A stretch of 63,268 bases of DNA, filler included, from Trichosphaerium sp. ATCC 40318 (taxonomy: Eukaryota; Protista; Tubulinea): the NCBI GenBank assembly GCA_038496445.1. It is 3 parts of 3 records of this genome, joined end to end, with 100 filler letters (N's around TTAATTAATTAA, not from the genome) between each part and the next. Parts side by side here need not be neighbours in the genome. Positions count along the whole stretch, not along the records: positions 15,653 to 39,274 come from JALMLS010000241.1; positions 39,375 to 63,268 come from JALMLS010000349.1; 1 more part is not named here. One strand, 5' to 3'. A model generated the notes under the pieces. That model had not been told where the DNA came from and ran no database searches. It worked only from the letters and a program-made list of their open reading frames with translations. Shown in pieces: positions 36,902 through 50,939 of this stretch. Position 1 is the stretch's first letter, and every line of letters starts with the position of its first letter. Both the position numbers and the translations under genes were made by a program.

Positions 36902-38709
36902 AATGATGTACATCTAAGGTACCACTACAAAGGTGCCAAATGTTTTAGCAGATTCTGACTCTTGAGAATACCCTTTGAAAAAATAGAATACTTTTTCTTA
37001 TGTAAAACACTGCTGCGATGTTGGTAGAAGCAACTAGATTTGTGTCAGTGGCATACATGCTGAGATAGCCATTTTTGGGGTCTTTTTTTTGCTTTTGGCA
37101 GCCAAAATCCAGCTGATTTTCATTTGATAGAAGTTTGTATGGGGGCCTTGATTACAATAATGCCTATGTCAACCTTAAATATGCACTTGTATGTAATTTT
37201 AGTCATAGATCATGATGCAACCAACGATATTGCCATACGTGCTCACCATGTAAAGTTATTAATACATACGTTGCTTTCATCTTTTCTTACAACGCGTTTT
37301 TGCATGTAGTCACGACCATGTGCATTATGAAAAGGGCGCTAATTTTGTGTGCGGTCGTAATATTTAGCGTATATCATGGTACAAATGTGTATTTTGGTGG
37401 GTGGCATATATGCGATTCGAAACTGGCGAATTGTGAAAATTGACAATATTTTTTTGATTTTGGATTGCTCACCACCATACCCCAAGATACTTTTTGTCCC
37501 CAAATTCATATTGGCCAATTTAGATCTATGCATGAGAGTATGGGAAGCAAGATGATGTAAGAATTTTTTACCTACATGCCATAATAGATTTTTGGAATTT
37601 TTTGGGATTTGGCCTGAAATATGTTGGCTGTCTTTACCTATGGAGGTAGCTGTATGGCATACTCCTAATTTAGGCCAATTTTGCGAGCTAGTCACAAATC
37701 TTCGTGTGATTTCAAAAATATAAAATATATGTTATTTGGCAAAATAATTGGATTTGCAGGCATTGATACTTGATTGCTAAGAAATGCCAAAAATGTTGAT
37801 TTTTCCAACATGTTCTCCAACCCCCCCTTGCTCCTCCGCTATACCATATGTCTTGTTATATGCTTATCACATGGTTATTAAGCCATATTTACATGGTGAT
37901 AAAACTCACAATGTGATTCAATATAGTGATAGAAATTAAATATTTTTTGCCATTTTATGGCTTAGGGTTTAAGAGTATGTACCAACTGTATTTTTTTGTA
38001 CATTACTCTACCCTGTTGTAAAATTTTTTCGATTTTTTAGGCTTTTTTTTATGTTTTTTGCACATACAATCTCCCTGTAGGGTTACAGCAAGATAGGGTT
38101 TTTTACAAACCCAGGACCTCATCAACAATCTTGCAAACTGTCAAATTCTCATTTTTTTCTTATTTTTTTAAAACAGGCGAAATTTCCGGTACACATTTCG
38201 AAACACGAAATTTTCCTGTCTATTTCTCAACGCGATTATTGGGAAAAAAAAGCCTCATTTTACTTTTTTGACTTTTCATAAATCAAGGATGAGCTCAGAT
38301 GAAGACCTCTCTCTCATAAACATTGAGTTTTCTGATGAGAATGAGCCCTCCAAAGAAGCTGATGGTAAGCCCAGGCTCAGGAGGAAGAGATTACTAGGTA
38401 CTAACCTCTTTTTTACTCTTTTTTTTTTTAAAAACCCCCTTTATTAGTCTTATTTTAATTTTTAAAGACTAATAAAGGGGGTTTTTTTGCTTTTAAATGG
38501 TTTTTTCAAAACCCCTAATTTTTTAAATAAATTTCGAAAAAAAATGACGGTTTTTGTACACGGTTTTCATGTGTACGATTTTTTCGTTACCATGCGGTTT
38601 TTTTGCATGGTAGAACCAAACCCAAATGAGAGTTTCGTAACACGCAGAACGCGTGTGTGTTGTTTTTCATTTGGTTTTGGTTCACATTGTTTTATTTTGC
38701 TTTAATTTT

Positions 38710-39235
38710 CAACAGCGAGCTTGCCGCGGCATTAGAACACATATATCACGTGTTCGCATGTCGCGCTAGTTGGCGGTTGGTTTTGGTACACAATTAAATT
38801 GTGTACTTTTTTTTTAATTTTTTTTTTGTTGTTTTGCTTTTTTTACAGACTGCGAGCTCGCTGTACAATTTTAAACACGCTTTTTACGTGTTCGTACATG
38901 ACTGCGAGCTCGCGGTCGGTTTTTGTACACATAAAAAGTGTCTACTTTTTTAAAAACCGTTTTTTTTTTTGAAAGTCTTGCTTTATAACTGACTGCTTGC
39001 TTGGTATATGGTATACAACACATGTTTATCGTGTTCGTACCTGACCTCGAGCTCGCGGTCGGTTTTCGTACACATAAAAAGTGTGTACTTTTTTAAAAAC
39101 CGTTTTTTTTTTTGAAAGTCTTGCTTTATAACTGACTGCAAGCTTGCCGTTGTGTATGTAACACGTTTTTAATGTGTTCGTTTCCGACCGCGAGCTCGAG
39201 GTCATACTTTCCGCACGGAAAAAACGTGTTTGTAT
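38710..39235. repeat. About 143-bp tandem repeat (3.5-4 units)
   Basis: GAGCTCG anchor at 38906, 39049 and 39192; two units nearly identical. Confidence 0.85.
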
Positions 39236-39274
39236 ATTTATTTAATGTGCCATCTTCTAATTACTCTTTTTAGC

Positions 39275-39374
39275 NNNNNNNNNNNNNNNNNNNNNNNNNN
39301 NNNNNNNNNNNNNNNNNNTTAATTAATTAANNNNNNNNNNNNNNNNNNNNNNNNNNNNNNNNNNNNNNNNNNNN
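39275..39374. other. Artificial contig linker
   Basis: N44-TTAATTAATTAA-N44. Confidence 0.97.
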
Positions 39375-40477
39375 GTAAATGTACAACAATTTTAGATCGA
39401 TGTGACAGCTTACACCTGTTTAATAGGCTATTGTAACATCTAGAGATACAAGACCTTGGGAGAGCTTATATGATAATAAACAAAGTGTCACTGGTATGTA
39501 GCTATATGTTTTTAATGGAATACGATCTAATATGATTAATTAGAAGTTGTACAAGAACGTATTGGTATGGGATTGTATGTCAATACTGCTATGATAAATC
39601 ACAGTTGCGACCCTAATACTACTATCACTTACAATGGCACTCTACTCTCTATACGATCTACTGTGGCTATTCAAAAAGGTGACGAAGTATACCACTGTTA
39701 TGGACCTCGACACGGACGTCACACTAAACAAGAGCGACAGTATGGTATTTATTCCTAATTAACTTAACATAACTTAAGGACGATTTTGAAAGAAAAGTAT
39801 TGCTTCGGATGTGCTTGCACTGCGTGCACAGCATCTGAACAATCTATAATTTTAGATGAAGTATCAGAGACATATGCTCAAACTCATAGACGTATGTACA
39901 TACAAAGACAATACAATATTAACTAATTCCTTGTAGAACTTAAAGAATAACAATGAAGAAATATCAAATATTTGTAGTTCAGCGAATGCCTTTCTTCAAG
40001 AGAAGCATGCAAAGCTACAACCAATGACTCATGCTAAACTCTTAGATGCCTTAGGTATGTACTATAATAGGTGCAGATACTTATAACTTATTAGCATATG
40101 AGTATGCATGTAAGAGTAATTGGAAAAAAGCTTATGGAGCATGCCGACAATCACGTGAATTACTTCTGAAATTTTTGATAAGAATGCAGTCGAACTTGTA
40201 CGCTCGCTATTTACCAGGCTTAGTGGTTTTACTAAAGACTTATTCTTGCTTTAGGTTGACGTGTCCGTACGTACAGCACAACTAGCTTTCAACTCAGGAA
40301 TGAGAGATGAAGCGAAAACGTAAGTAGTTTTGGATAGATTTTTTTATTTGGTGCTAATTTTCTTGGGATTACAGGCACACCGAGTATGCTATTCATCTTG
40401 TGAAGTTGCACCACGGAACAAATCACCCAGATTGGCCAGTTTTAGTACAAATGAATGAACGTCTTAAGTTGTCTTGA
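39375..40477 (+). CDS. SMYD-like SET-domain lysine methyltransferase, 3' part (5' end lost in the gap)
   Basis: GLY...MINHSCDPN...IQKGDEVYHCYGP...ERQ..LKEKYCFGCACTAC (SET and post-SET). Confidence 0.85.
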
Positions 40478-40536
40478 AAGAAGAAGAAAAGAGAATAAAA
40501 GGAACACATTGTTTAGCTTGAAACAAAAAAAACGAT

Positions 40537-42165
40537 TTATTCAGCTAGTTTTTTGAGACTTCCATTTGCAATCATCTCCTTGGTATGAATACCAGAGTCC
40601 AAAATGATGCTCTCAACAAGTGCCATTGGTGTTACATCAAATGCAGGATTAAATGTCTTGGCTTGTGTAGGTGCCCATGTTGTACCAAATGCTCCACGAA
40701 CCTGTATTTAAATTTTAGTTTGAAAAAAGAAAATAATTCTTGAGCAACGACGATACCTCTTCTGGTTTTCTCATCTCGATTGGGATATCAGCACCAGTTT
40801 GGCATTTAAAATCGATAGTAGATACAGGAGCTACTGGATGGAAAGGTACTTTATGGTAGTTTGCCAATACAGCAACAGAGTATGTGCCTATTAAAGGTAA
40901 GAATTTTGGAAGATTCAAAAGAAATATTTACCGATTTTGTTTGCGAAATCTCCGTTGATAGCAACTCTATCAGCACCAACAAAAATGCGGTCAATCTTTC
41001 CTTGAGACATGAGCATACCGGCCATGTTATCAGCGATGAGCGTGTAAGGAATACCTTCTTTCTAATGGAGGTGTCAATAAATCAATTTTTCTTACAGATT
41101 TGTTACCTCCAATTCGTATGTTGTCAAACGACCGCCTTGAAGCAAAGGACGTGTTTCATCTACGTACACGTGGATATTTTTCCCTTGTTTGTGACACTCA
41201 CGGATTACACCAAGGGCAGTACCTAACACAATTAATCAAACCACAAACCAAAAAAAAAATTAAATAGGGTCGGTAGTTCCTAAAAAAAGTTCGCAAAAAA
41301 GTAAGAAAAATAAAAAGGGATTCAGTTTTGTTCACTAAAGTTTCCCTTTGTTCCTACACCACTTGAAACAATACTAACACTCTACGTGGGCACACTATAC
41401 GAATAAATTTTATAGACGTGTAGCCACCACGTGACCAACATTTTAAACCGTTTTTAGTCGTACCAACACCAATAGTAGCAAGTGAGCCAGTGTTACAATG
41501 TGTCAAGATGTTATCGCCTATTTTGATAGTGTTTTAGCAAAAACTGTCATTTAAACCATGTACAAACCTTCTTTAACCAATGAAGCGCCGAACTTTGCCA
41601 TCCTAAGAGCGTTAGCTTTCTTTCTTTTTTTTCTTCGTTTTACAAGTGTTTTTTAACAATTAACTTACTTGGAGCACATCTCTTGCTCTTTATCTTTGAT
41701 GTCGTATGCGATTTTTACGATATTAGCCGCAGAGAAGTCTTTTTTCTCGCAACCTACTTGAGAAACCAAATCACAAGCGTACATGAGGTTTACAGCAGTT
41801 GGGCGTGATGTCTTTAAGTAAGCAGCGTGCTTTTCAATGTCTGCCTCTTTTGGGTGCATGCGCACAGCTTCGTGAGCTAGAATCATAGCGGCACAACATC
41901 CAATCATTGGTGCGCCTCTATTGTACGATGTTAAAGAGGATTTCGTAGTTTTCTCAATTACCTGACACTCAAGCGCTTAATATTATTCCACATGTCCTCA
42001 ATGGTCTTAACAACCAACCAGTTCTCTTCATTAGGTATTTTGGTTTGATCCAGAACCTTTAAACAGTTTTAGGATCTTTTTTACTTAAAAGCGTTAAATA
42101 GATACCTTGAGTACTCCTTGTTCAACTTTAATGCCAAATTCGGTATAATCAGGAAGAGTGGCCAT
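40537..42165 (-). CDS. MRI1: Methylthioribose-1-phosphate isomerase
   Basis: [74 protein letters not shown]. Confidence 0.95.
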
Positions 42166-42247
42166 AGTAAATGAAAAATTTTCACTTAGACGATTACAGA
42201 CTTAATTGTCAAATAATCTTAAATTTGCGCTTTGCTACACTATAACA

Positions 42248-43765
42248 ATGGAGGAGCATACGTCTTGGTTGACTGGAAAGTCGTTTCTAGTGACAGGTGG
42301 TGCTGGTTTTCTAGGTAGACATCTAATACCTTTGGTATGCGTTTGTATAGTATTTACGAGCGTTCGATAATTAATTAACGACTTTTGCTAGTTGCTTGAT
42401 GCTGGGGCATCTGTAAGCGGTACAATACTATAATATCGTATTATAAAGCCACCATTGGTGTAACTCGTTGTAGTTTACTCCCGTACTGCAACCGCTTGTA
42501 AAACGCTCCCACAAGCTGTACGTTTAGTCAATGGTTCTATTCTAGACTATAATACACTCCTCAAAGTGCGTGTAACAATGTAAACTACTTTGCTTCGCTT
42601 TTTGCCAACGTGGTTTTGCAAAGGCTTGTGCTGATGTTGACGGCATATTTCACTTGGCAGGAGCTGTTGTACATTCTAGATTTGGCAGATCACATTCCAC
42701 AGTATACAGGACAAATGTTGATGGCACCTTAGTGGTGATGCGTGTAGCTGCAAAGGTTGGGTAAGGGCGAGAAAGAAATTTAAAAGATTGTGCTCACAAT
42801 GTTACTTTAAAGATGTCGCGTTGTATATGCATCTACGTCTGGTGTAGTAGGATGCTTTTATGATCCTACAAAGATCGCGACAGATTCTAGTAAATACTGC
42901 GAAAGCACAGTTCGCAATTGGCCGTACGTAATGCAGTAGAAACTGTTTTTTGTTCAGAAGAAAATTTGAATTATTGACATTGTTAATGATTTGTAGTTAT
43001 TACCATTCGAAAGTAGTGGCAGAGATGGATGCATTGAATTATGCTGAAAAGAATAAAGTACATTTGGTTGTACTAAGACCTTCTCAAATATTAGGACCTG
43101 GTGATCTTGATGTGAGATCAACAGGCTATATTTATAAATTCCTTTGCAGGAAAGTTCCTGTAATTCCTCCTGGTACAACATACTGCTAATCACTAAAATT
43201 AGCATTCTCTCACTTCCTCTCTTAGGTGGAACAAACATAATAGATGTTCGCGATGCTGCAGAGGCTTTTAGGTACGTCACGTGATATTGAAATAAATCAC
43301 GTGCTTTTTATTATTCTGACTGATTAACCCTCCTAGAAACGCTATGGTTGTTGGTAAACCGCTTAAAACGTATCTAATCTCTGGGGCAAATCACTCACTT
43401 CGTAACGTCTTTGCAATGATATCTCGAGTTTCGAACATCAAACCACCTCGGTTTGTTATTCCAAGGCGTGTTCTTTTGGCTGCTGCTAGTGCGCTTAGCA
43501 CTGCAGTACCAAGGGTGTACAGTAAGCGAATATTAAAGGATGTAACACCGCTGATATTCATACTTTAGGTAATCCTTCACTTGGCGATAAAGATCCTGTT
43601 CGATTAGAGATGGCATGTCATTTCTGGTATGTGAATAGTTCAGAGGCTGAAAAAGATCTTGGTTTAAGACCACGGAATACACAAGAGACGATACGAGATA
43701 CAGTTGATTGGTTACAAAACCAAACACATTTATGGCCCAACGGTGTTCCAATGGCAAAGTTGTGA
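42248..43765 (+). CDS. NAD-dependent epimerase/dehydratase (extended SDR, HpnA/DFR-like)
   Basis: LVTGGAGFLG, GIFHLAG, VVYASTSG, YYHSK, LRPSQILGPGD, IDVRDAA. Confidence 0.88.
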
Positions 43766-43944
43766 GTGTACCTATCGCAATAAAAAAATAACCCTTGTAC
43801 GATATCAGCTTGGCTTTTTTTTCTACTGATCTTGTTGTGGAATAAAACTAGAATTTGCACGTGCAACGAGTGACGAAGTTTGACCTGTCATTGTGTAGCA
43901 CAATAATCACTCTCTAAACTTAAAACAGTGACAGTAACCTATCA

Positions 43945-45664
43945 ATGGCATTAAACGTCATGCATCTACCGCCTGAGATGCTCCAGCGCATACTGGGCTA
44001 TGACATGGTATTCATGACTTCTTTAACAACTTGTAGACTATTTCATGATGTAATCATCAGTGCACCGTACTTCAAGGTGCGTGCAATTATATCATAACGC
44101 GAACAGCAGATTTATGCGATTTTAAGTAACGTTAATTTTAATACGCCTCAATACCTGTCTGATAGTTCTTCTGTAGTTCAACAGCTCGATTGAAGCGTTT
44201 AATAAAGATTATAAACATGGTTTACAAAAGTTTGACGCTATGGGCTTTGGAATAGACTCACCAATGCTTGCTGAGTTTTTGATACGCGTGGGAAAGAACT
44301 TAGACCAAGACCAATTTGTGGCATGCCTAATGAACCATGTGCGTTTCTTTGTTTTTGGATGTCAGTCAGCTTTTTGCCTAAAACGGTTGATGATGTCCTT
44401 CAATTATGTTCTCAATATGGCACTCCATGGGTGGCACTGAACTGTTTTAAATGACAGCACCTTTTTGCAATGGAATCGTAGTTGCTCATTGGTAGAAAAC
44501 GTGTTGTCGTGACATATTATTGTTATTGCTTTTTTCTTATTATTTTAGAGGTCTGTGCTTGGCTTGATTTTATCACGTATTGACTTTAAAGATCGAAGTA
44601 TAGTACAAGCTATAACAAGCGTGTGTAAAATCATAAAATTACCAGAATACGCTCATGAGATTCAGGTGTAAGTACTTTCAAGATGAAATCTAAAGGTTTT
44701 TTTTTTCTTGTGTTCTTGACATAATGTCATTGTCATATTCATTTCTTTAGGTTTTTTCAGCAGCTTAGCGAAGAATACTTTTATCAAAACCCTAATATAT
44801 ATCCAGATACTGATACTGTATTCGATTTCTTATATAGTGTGGTACATTTACCTTCCTAAATTCCTTTTTATAGCAAAAAAGAATCTTCGCAGACAATTTT
44901 TTTTTGAAGAAACTTCTTATCTTAGGTTTTTACTCAACAAGCTAATCAATACAACATTGTCTACATACAATTATTAGCTGATTTCAAATACTAGGTGTCG
45001 CTTAATACAAGCTTACACAATATAAATATTGGCAAAAAGTATCAACTGACAAAACAACAATTTTTTCGGCAGCACAGTACACAAACTAGATATGAAAGTC
45101 ACATAAAAAACTAACCACCAATCACTTTCTTCACATCTAATTTTTAAACAAGGTCCTGAGCTAAGGTTTCAATACTTACAGGGTTTGTAGGGTCCACACA
45201 AACGCCTTCCTGAAGGATTTACAGATAAGCTGTATGATGAGGTCAAAAAAAAGTATTATTTATGAGCCAAGTATATCATGGTCAGGTATCTTGACTATAT
45301 CATACAACAATAACAAGTACAGTACTCACAGTTTTTATGCTGTTGTGATGTAAGAAGAGGTAATATAGAAGTATCCACTAATTCCCTAATATATCTTGTT
45401 TGTATTAAACTAAAGGACATGGTTGTTGAGGTAGCAATCTTTTTTGAACTTTTTCTCAGACACACTGAGTGCGTAAAAAGTATGACTTATCAATGATAAT
45501 AGGTAGGTAAAAAGACTATTATATTGAAGTGTAAGGATAACGAGAAAAAGATAGTTTTGATAAAGAAGAGAAAGAAAAAAAGACTTTCTAAGATTACACT
45601 TATGTTTAATACTTTGGTATTGTGTGCTGATTGTTTTAAAAGTATTAAAGAATGTTGTATTTGA
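43945..45664 (+). CDS. F-box + Sec7-like domain protein (FBXO8-like architecture)
   Basis: LPPEMLQRIL; FNKDYKHG; IDFKDRSIVQAI...KLPEYAHEI; LNTSLHN...TKQQF; KLYDEV. Confidence 0.7.
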
Positions 45665-46269
45665 TAGTGTCTCTTACTTGATAGGATAGTATGGACACCA
45701 GTGAATATCCATGTGATTTACATTTGTGAGAGTTTGGGAACCTGCCAACACCTTTTTATGCCAATCAGTTATGAGTCTTGGCATATGGATTGACAATAAG
45801 ATACAATAAGCATCTCAGGTGTTTCACAACCCCTTGAAGTATTGAACAAACAACAACAAAACATGACGAGTATTGCACAAATAATATTGTGACTTTTTTT
45901 AACTAACATGACGTCATTTATTACTCTTACATGTTAACACTTTTGCCACTATTAGTTTTGAATATTGTACTCCAGCAAGTTGCACGAGATTGATCACAGA
46001 AGTTTCTGACAAGTTACCAATGAAATTAAAGCCATGTCAAATGGTAAGGCCTATTTTTGAATCCAAAGTGATGTTTGTGATATTAGCCAATATTTTAGAT
46101 GTACAACTGAGTGCATGGTAAACAATGAAACATATTGTAGGATACATAATAACTTCAACATGAGTTTCATAGATGCGTTGCCTATACGAAGACCATGGTC
46201 TAGCTAACAGTGTACCAAATCAATCATTAAGTGTCAATACGGAATGAATTGCCAAAAAAAAATTCAAAG

Positions 46270-46383
46270 AACTGCCATTTCATCTAATAAACCACCAAAG
46301 GCCGGTGAGGTCATGAAGAACCCTACACTTGGCGCGACATTTCGCGCTCTAGCAAAGGACGGCAAAGACGGCTTCTATAGGGT
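46270..46383 (+). pseudogene. Isolated gamma-glutamyltranspeptidase-like exon fragment
   Basis: PKAGEVMKNPTLGATFRALAKDGKDGFY followed by a GT donor; no other exons seen. Confidence 0.55.
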
Positions 46384-46589
46384 GAGTTGCTACCAGTACT
46401 GCGTCTTTTTTTTTTGTGTTTTTGCAAATACACAATGTTGTTTTATTCATTGAAGAGTACTCGCTCAGTGATGTCAAATATCGTTTTTACTCACGATGAG
46501 CACTAAACGTAAAAGCTCCCCTATCGCAAAAAAACAAGAGGTACCACTTGTCACGTGTTTATTTAACCTCAAACTTGAACGTAGACGAA

Positions 46590-46854
46590 AACTCATGTAT
46601 TGGACCTTCCATTAGAGCTACTACTTGATATTATTGATTTAGATAATGAAATTTACATAAAATGGCCTCTTATATCAAAATATACAGCAACAAGCACAAG
46701 GTTTGATAATAACTTGAACAAACATGGAAAATGGACAAAACACCCAGTACCAAAATGGAGGCGGCGATGTAAAGAAAATGAAGAACACATTGTGTGGTTT
46801 AACGGTGGTCAAGTGTATTTTAATTTTGACTATCAAAATAGCCAATTCTTGTAA
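46590..46854 (+). pseudogene. Truncated member of the F-box-like/MORN2 family
   Basis: LDLPLELLLDIIDLDNEIYIKWPLISK...TRFDNNLNKHGKWTK matches the N-termini at 12494 and 14690. Confidence 0.7.
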
Positions 46855-47063
46855 AAATGTAAAAAAAAAACCAAAGCCAGTAACAATAATAATTAACGTT
46901 CTCTATGCAACAAGAGTCCGAGTTAGCATATGCCATTGCCACGTCCTCCGTTCATTTGTTACTTTTAAGCTTAATGCTAGGTAAAATTTACTTACTGCTT
47001 GTGAGGTGCGAGCAATGACTTATTAGTCGTTAAAAGTCGCCAAATCGATAACTATCAACAAAT

Positions 47064-50000
47064 ATGGCAGAGGAAACGCGTACTCCTGTTTTCTTCAATG
47101 AGCTTCACTATGAAGATATGCTTTCAGATCAATTTGAAGGTAACCTAAACCGACTACAATTGATAAATCACGTGACAAATCTTTTTTCCAAAAAGGTTTC
47201 GAAATCGCCGCTCCAGGTGGTACAAACTTGAAGGGATGGTCAGTTTCGCTTTATGGAGGTACGTTACCAAAATACCGTTAAATCACAACGGAGAAAAAAG
47301 ATCCTCAGCTTTCTCTTGTGTTACTCCGTCCGTATCTAGCATATTCTTATCACGTGCGCGTCTAGGTGCCGATGGTAAGGTTTATAAGACGGTAGAACTG
47401 AAAGGACTTGTACCTGATTTACAAGTACGTTGAGTGTAATGACACAAAGCTAGATTGTTCTCTTTCCTAATCAAAACCAAGAACGGTTTCGGAGTACTCT
47501 TTTTTTTTGTAAAAGGCATCCACGACGGTACGACCACGTTTTTTCCATCACCAACGCTAATGTTTACCACAAGGATCATCTAATGGCGATGGTATGGCTC
47601 TCGTAGATAAGAGTGGTAAAGTCCGACAATTTTTGAGCTACGAAGGCGCTTTTGAGGCTACTGATGGTAAATTACTTCTTGTGAAAGATTTGGTAACATT
47701 TTTTAGGTCCTGCAAAAGGAATGACCAGTGACAAGATACCTGTCGCCGAATTCGAGTGGTCTCACCATGAGAACTCTCTTCAACTCCAAGGCAAAGGTAG
47801 TTGCTACGAAGATTTCGAATGGAAAGGTCCAGTAGACTCTACTCCAGGCGAAGTTAACGGTGAACAAGTATTCGGTACGGTTTTATCAAGGTTGTTTCGT
47901 TATTAGCTTATTTTTGCCTTCTCAGAGGGCGTTCCAATCTCCGCTCCAGAACCTGGTCACGTGACTCTTGAAACTTTCACTGGAATTAATCGTGAATCGC
48001 ATCATACCACTGATTATGTTAATAAGAGTATGCTCATACTGAGACGTGCTAATACTTTCCAACTTGGGTTCAAAACAAATCTTGGTACGAAATTAGCATT
48101 TAACTTGTTTTTACGCTTCTTTTTTTGACTCTTAGCCACTGCTTTATTAATATTGTGTATATAGAACCTAGTGCACTTACTATTGTACTGACTGTATTCC
48201 CTGAGACTAGCGAACAAGTCAAAATCAAGGCATGAAGTCACATTCGTTTTATTATTAATTCTCGAAAAGGTGTCAGATGCAAAACCAGAAGAGTTGAGTA
48301 AGACAGAGTGGGCAGCTTTTGTGAAAGAAAAGTCAGATGATGGCTTCTTAGCAATGGTCAGGTACACAAAACGACAGACGTAAAATTAAGTTACCCTAAC
48401 ACAATTTTTCTCTGTCAGTATTCCCGCCAATGCAAAAATCGGACAATACTCACTCTCTGTAACAAACGGGGATGTAACAGACGAATCAACTCATCCCGTT
48501 ATCGTTCTATTCAATCCATGGAGTGAAGATGATGGTGTATATATGGAAGATGACTCTTGGAGAACTGAATACGTTCTAAACCAGGAAGGAGTTGTTTGGG
48601 TACCTTTAAAAAAAAAACATATCATTTTCAGCACGTTGCTTTGCTAACACATTTCTCAAAAGCAAGGAAGCGAATGGGTTAAAGTACCTCAAAGATGGCT
48701 TTATGCACAGTTCGAGGAGTTGAGTGTTTTAGCATGCTTGAAGCTTGTTGAAATGATACCTCTTGAGAATCGTGGAGATCCTGTTTTATTCTCGAGAAAA
48801 TTAAGTGCTCTTGTTAATGTTCAAGATGAGGGTGGAGTACTTGTAGGAAACTGGAGTGGTACGTCATCTACCTAATGGGTTAGAAAAGTTAAACTTTCGT
48901 TAGGTAATTATGCCGATGGCACTAAACCAAAGGCGTGGGTGAGTTCACATCCTATTTTGGAACAGTTTTATGTAAGTGGCCAAGGTGTTAAGTATGGTAA
49001 GCTTTTAACTATTATCTTTTTGAGTTTATCATGTATTGATCATTATATGTAGGTCAATGCTGGGTATTTGGTATGTTTAGTATGTAAGTGTTTCTAAGTA
49101 TACTTACATTGTTTCAAGCTGCCGTATTGCGTTCGGTCTGTAGGTGCCTTGGTATTCCATGCCGTCCAATTACAAACTTTAACTCAGGTTCCCAAAACAT
49201 TTCTGTATTATTTTCGCTTACTCCTTTGTTTTTTAGCGCATGACACCTCTTTTGATAGAGGTATCGAGTATTATTTTTATCGTGATGGCGATGGAAAGCT
49301 TGTTCAAGACAGTTCTGTCACATCTGACTCAATTTGGTACTAAGCTACAACTTGTTTAAAGGTTTTTTCTTATTTCTTTAGGAACTTTCATGTGTGGAAT
49401 GATGTCTGGTACAATATCGTTGTTGACAAAGTGCTTGAGTTTATTAATAATGTATAGGATGCGCAGACCTGATTTACCTTCCGGATATGGTGGATGGCAA
49501 GCACTAGATTCGACACCACAGGTATGCCTGGTTGAAACTAAAGAAGTTTTTTCAAACACATTCGTTTAGGAAAAGAGTGAAGGCATTTTCCAGACAGGAC
49601 CTTGTCCTATTACCGCTATAAAAGCAGGCGAAAAGGATAAATCTATCAAATACGATTTGGACTTTATATACGCTGAAGTAAACGCAGATGTAAAGTACGG
49701 TCATATCATTTAGTTTTCTTAGAATTGTATCTGACTCAATTTAAGGCACTTCGCAAAGGGAGAGAGTGGTGAGTATGAACTCATAAAGGTAGAGACTACC
49801 AAGGTACGTTTTTATTACATCTGTTGCGGAGGTATGTAAATATATATGTAGGTTGGTCAATCTCTGTGGACTAAATCTGTTGGATCTTTTTTGAAAACTT
49901 TTGCAACATCTCAGTATAAGTACAAAGAAGGCTCGGCTGCAGAACGTGCAGTACACCTTGATGAAAACAATGGTACGTATTTTAATCTCATATGTTATCG

Positions 50001-50939
50001 GTTACAATCACTAACATCTTAATTTCTACAGAAGCTTTCACTGTTACGTTTGATGTCGATCACAACAAGGTTAGATAAAAATACGAATAAAACAAGAAAA
50101 ATAGTTGACTTCTCAAAAAAGGTTGTTGGTGAAGACTTCGTTGTCAAGATGAAACTCAAGCGTATCAAGACTGAAGGAGCTGTTGATACAAACGTAAAGT
50201 ACGTCCTCAAACTAAAAAAATACAAACCTCAATGACAGAGGGAGACAAAAAAAAAAGCAATTCTGAACTAATGTTCCATCCTTTAGTGTCACCTTCAGCG
50301 CTTACGCTGTTTACTACACTGGAAAGCCTAGAAGTAGTTTTAAATCAGAAAATACTAACCTTACTATCCCTGCTGATGGTTCCGAAGTTGATTTCTCTGT
50401 GCCTATTACTGTGAATGACTACTTGGCTCTTCTAGATGATGACCATCAAATGAAGTTTAACGTTTATGTTCTTTCGGAAGATAAGAAAGAAACAGCACTA
50501 CAATCTCTTGATTTTGACCTTGATAACCCTGTGATCAATATCGAACTAGAAGGTGTATCAGATTTGACAATAAACGAAGGTAAACACAAAAACCAAGTAC
50601 TCTCAGATTGTTAACAACAGAAAATTCTAGGTGACAACGTAAATGTTAATGTTTCAATGAAAAATACACTTCCTGTTGCACTCACAGGTGCCACATTTAT
50701 TGTCGAATGTCCTGGATTATTGAAGCGTAAAAAAGTCACTATTTCAGATGTATCCCCAGGCGCTGATGCAAAAGCAACGGTAGCTGTTAAGGGTAAGAAT
50801 CAATTGAGCTTTTTTTTAAAGTTGGTTCTAAAGTATCTTTTTTCTAGCGACAAGGAAAGGAAAGCTTGATTTGAATGTCACGTTTGATGCTAAAGAACTT
50901 GCTCCTGTTCATAGAGATGTTGATGTAACCGTGAATTAG
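47064..50939 (+). CDS. Transglutaminase (TGM-type) with an N-terminal bacterial lamin-tail-like domain
   Basis: [28 protein letters not shown] (catalytic Cys), TNFNSAHD, WNFHVWND (His), [11 protein letters not shown] (Asp), C-terminal beta-barrels. Confidence 0.93.
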
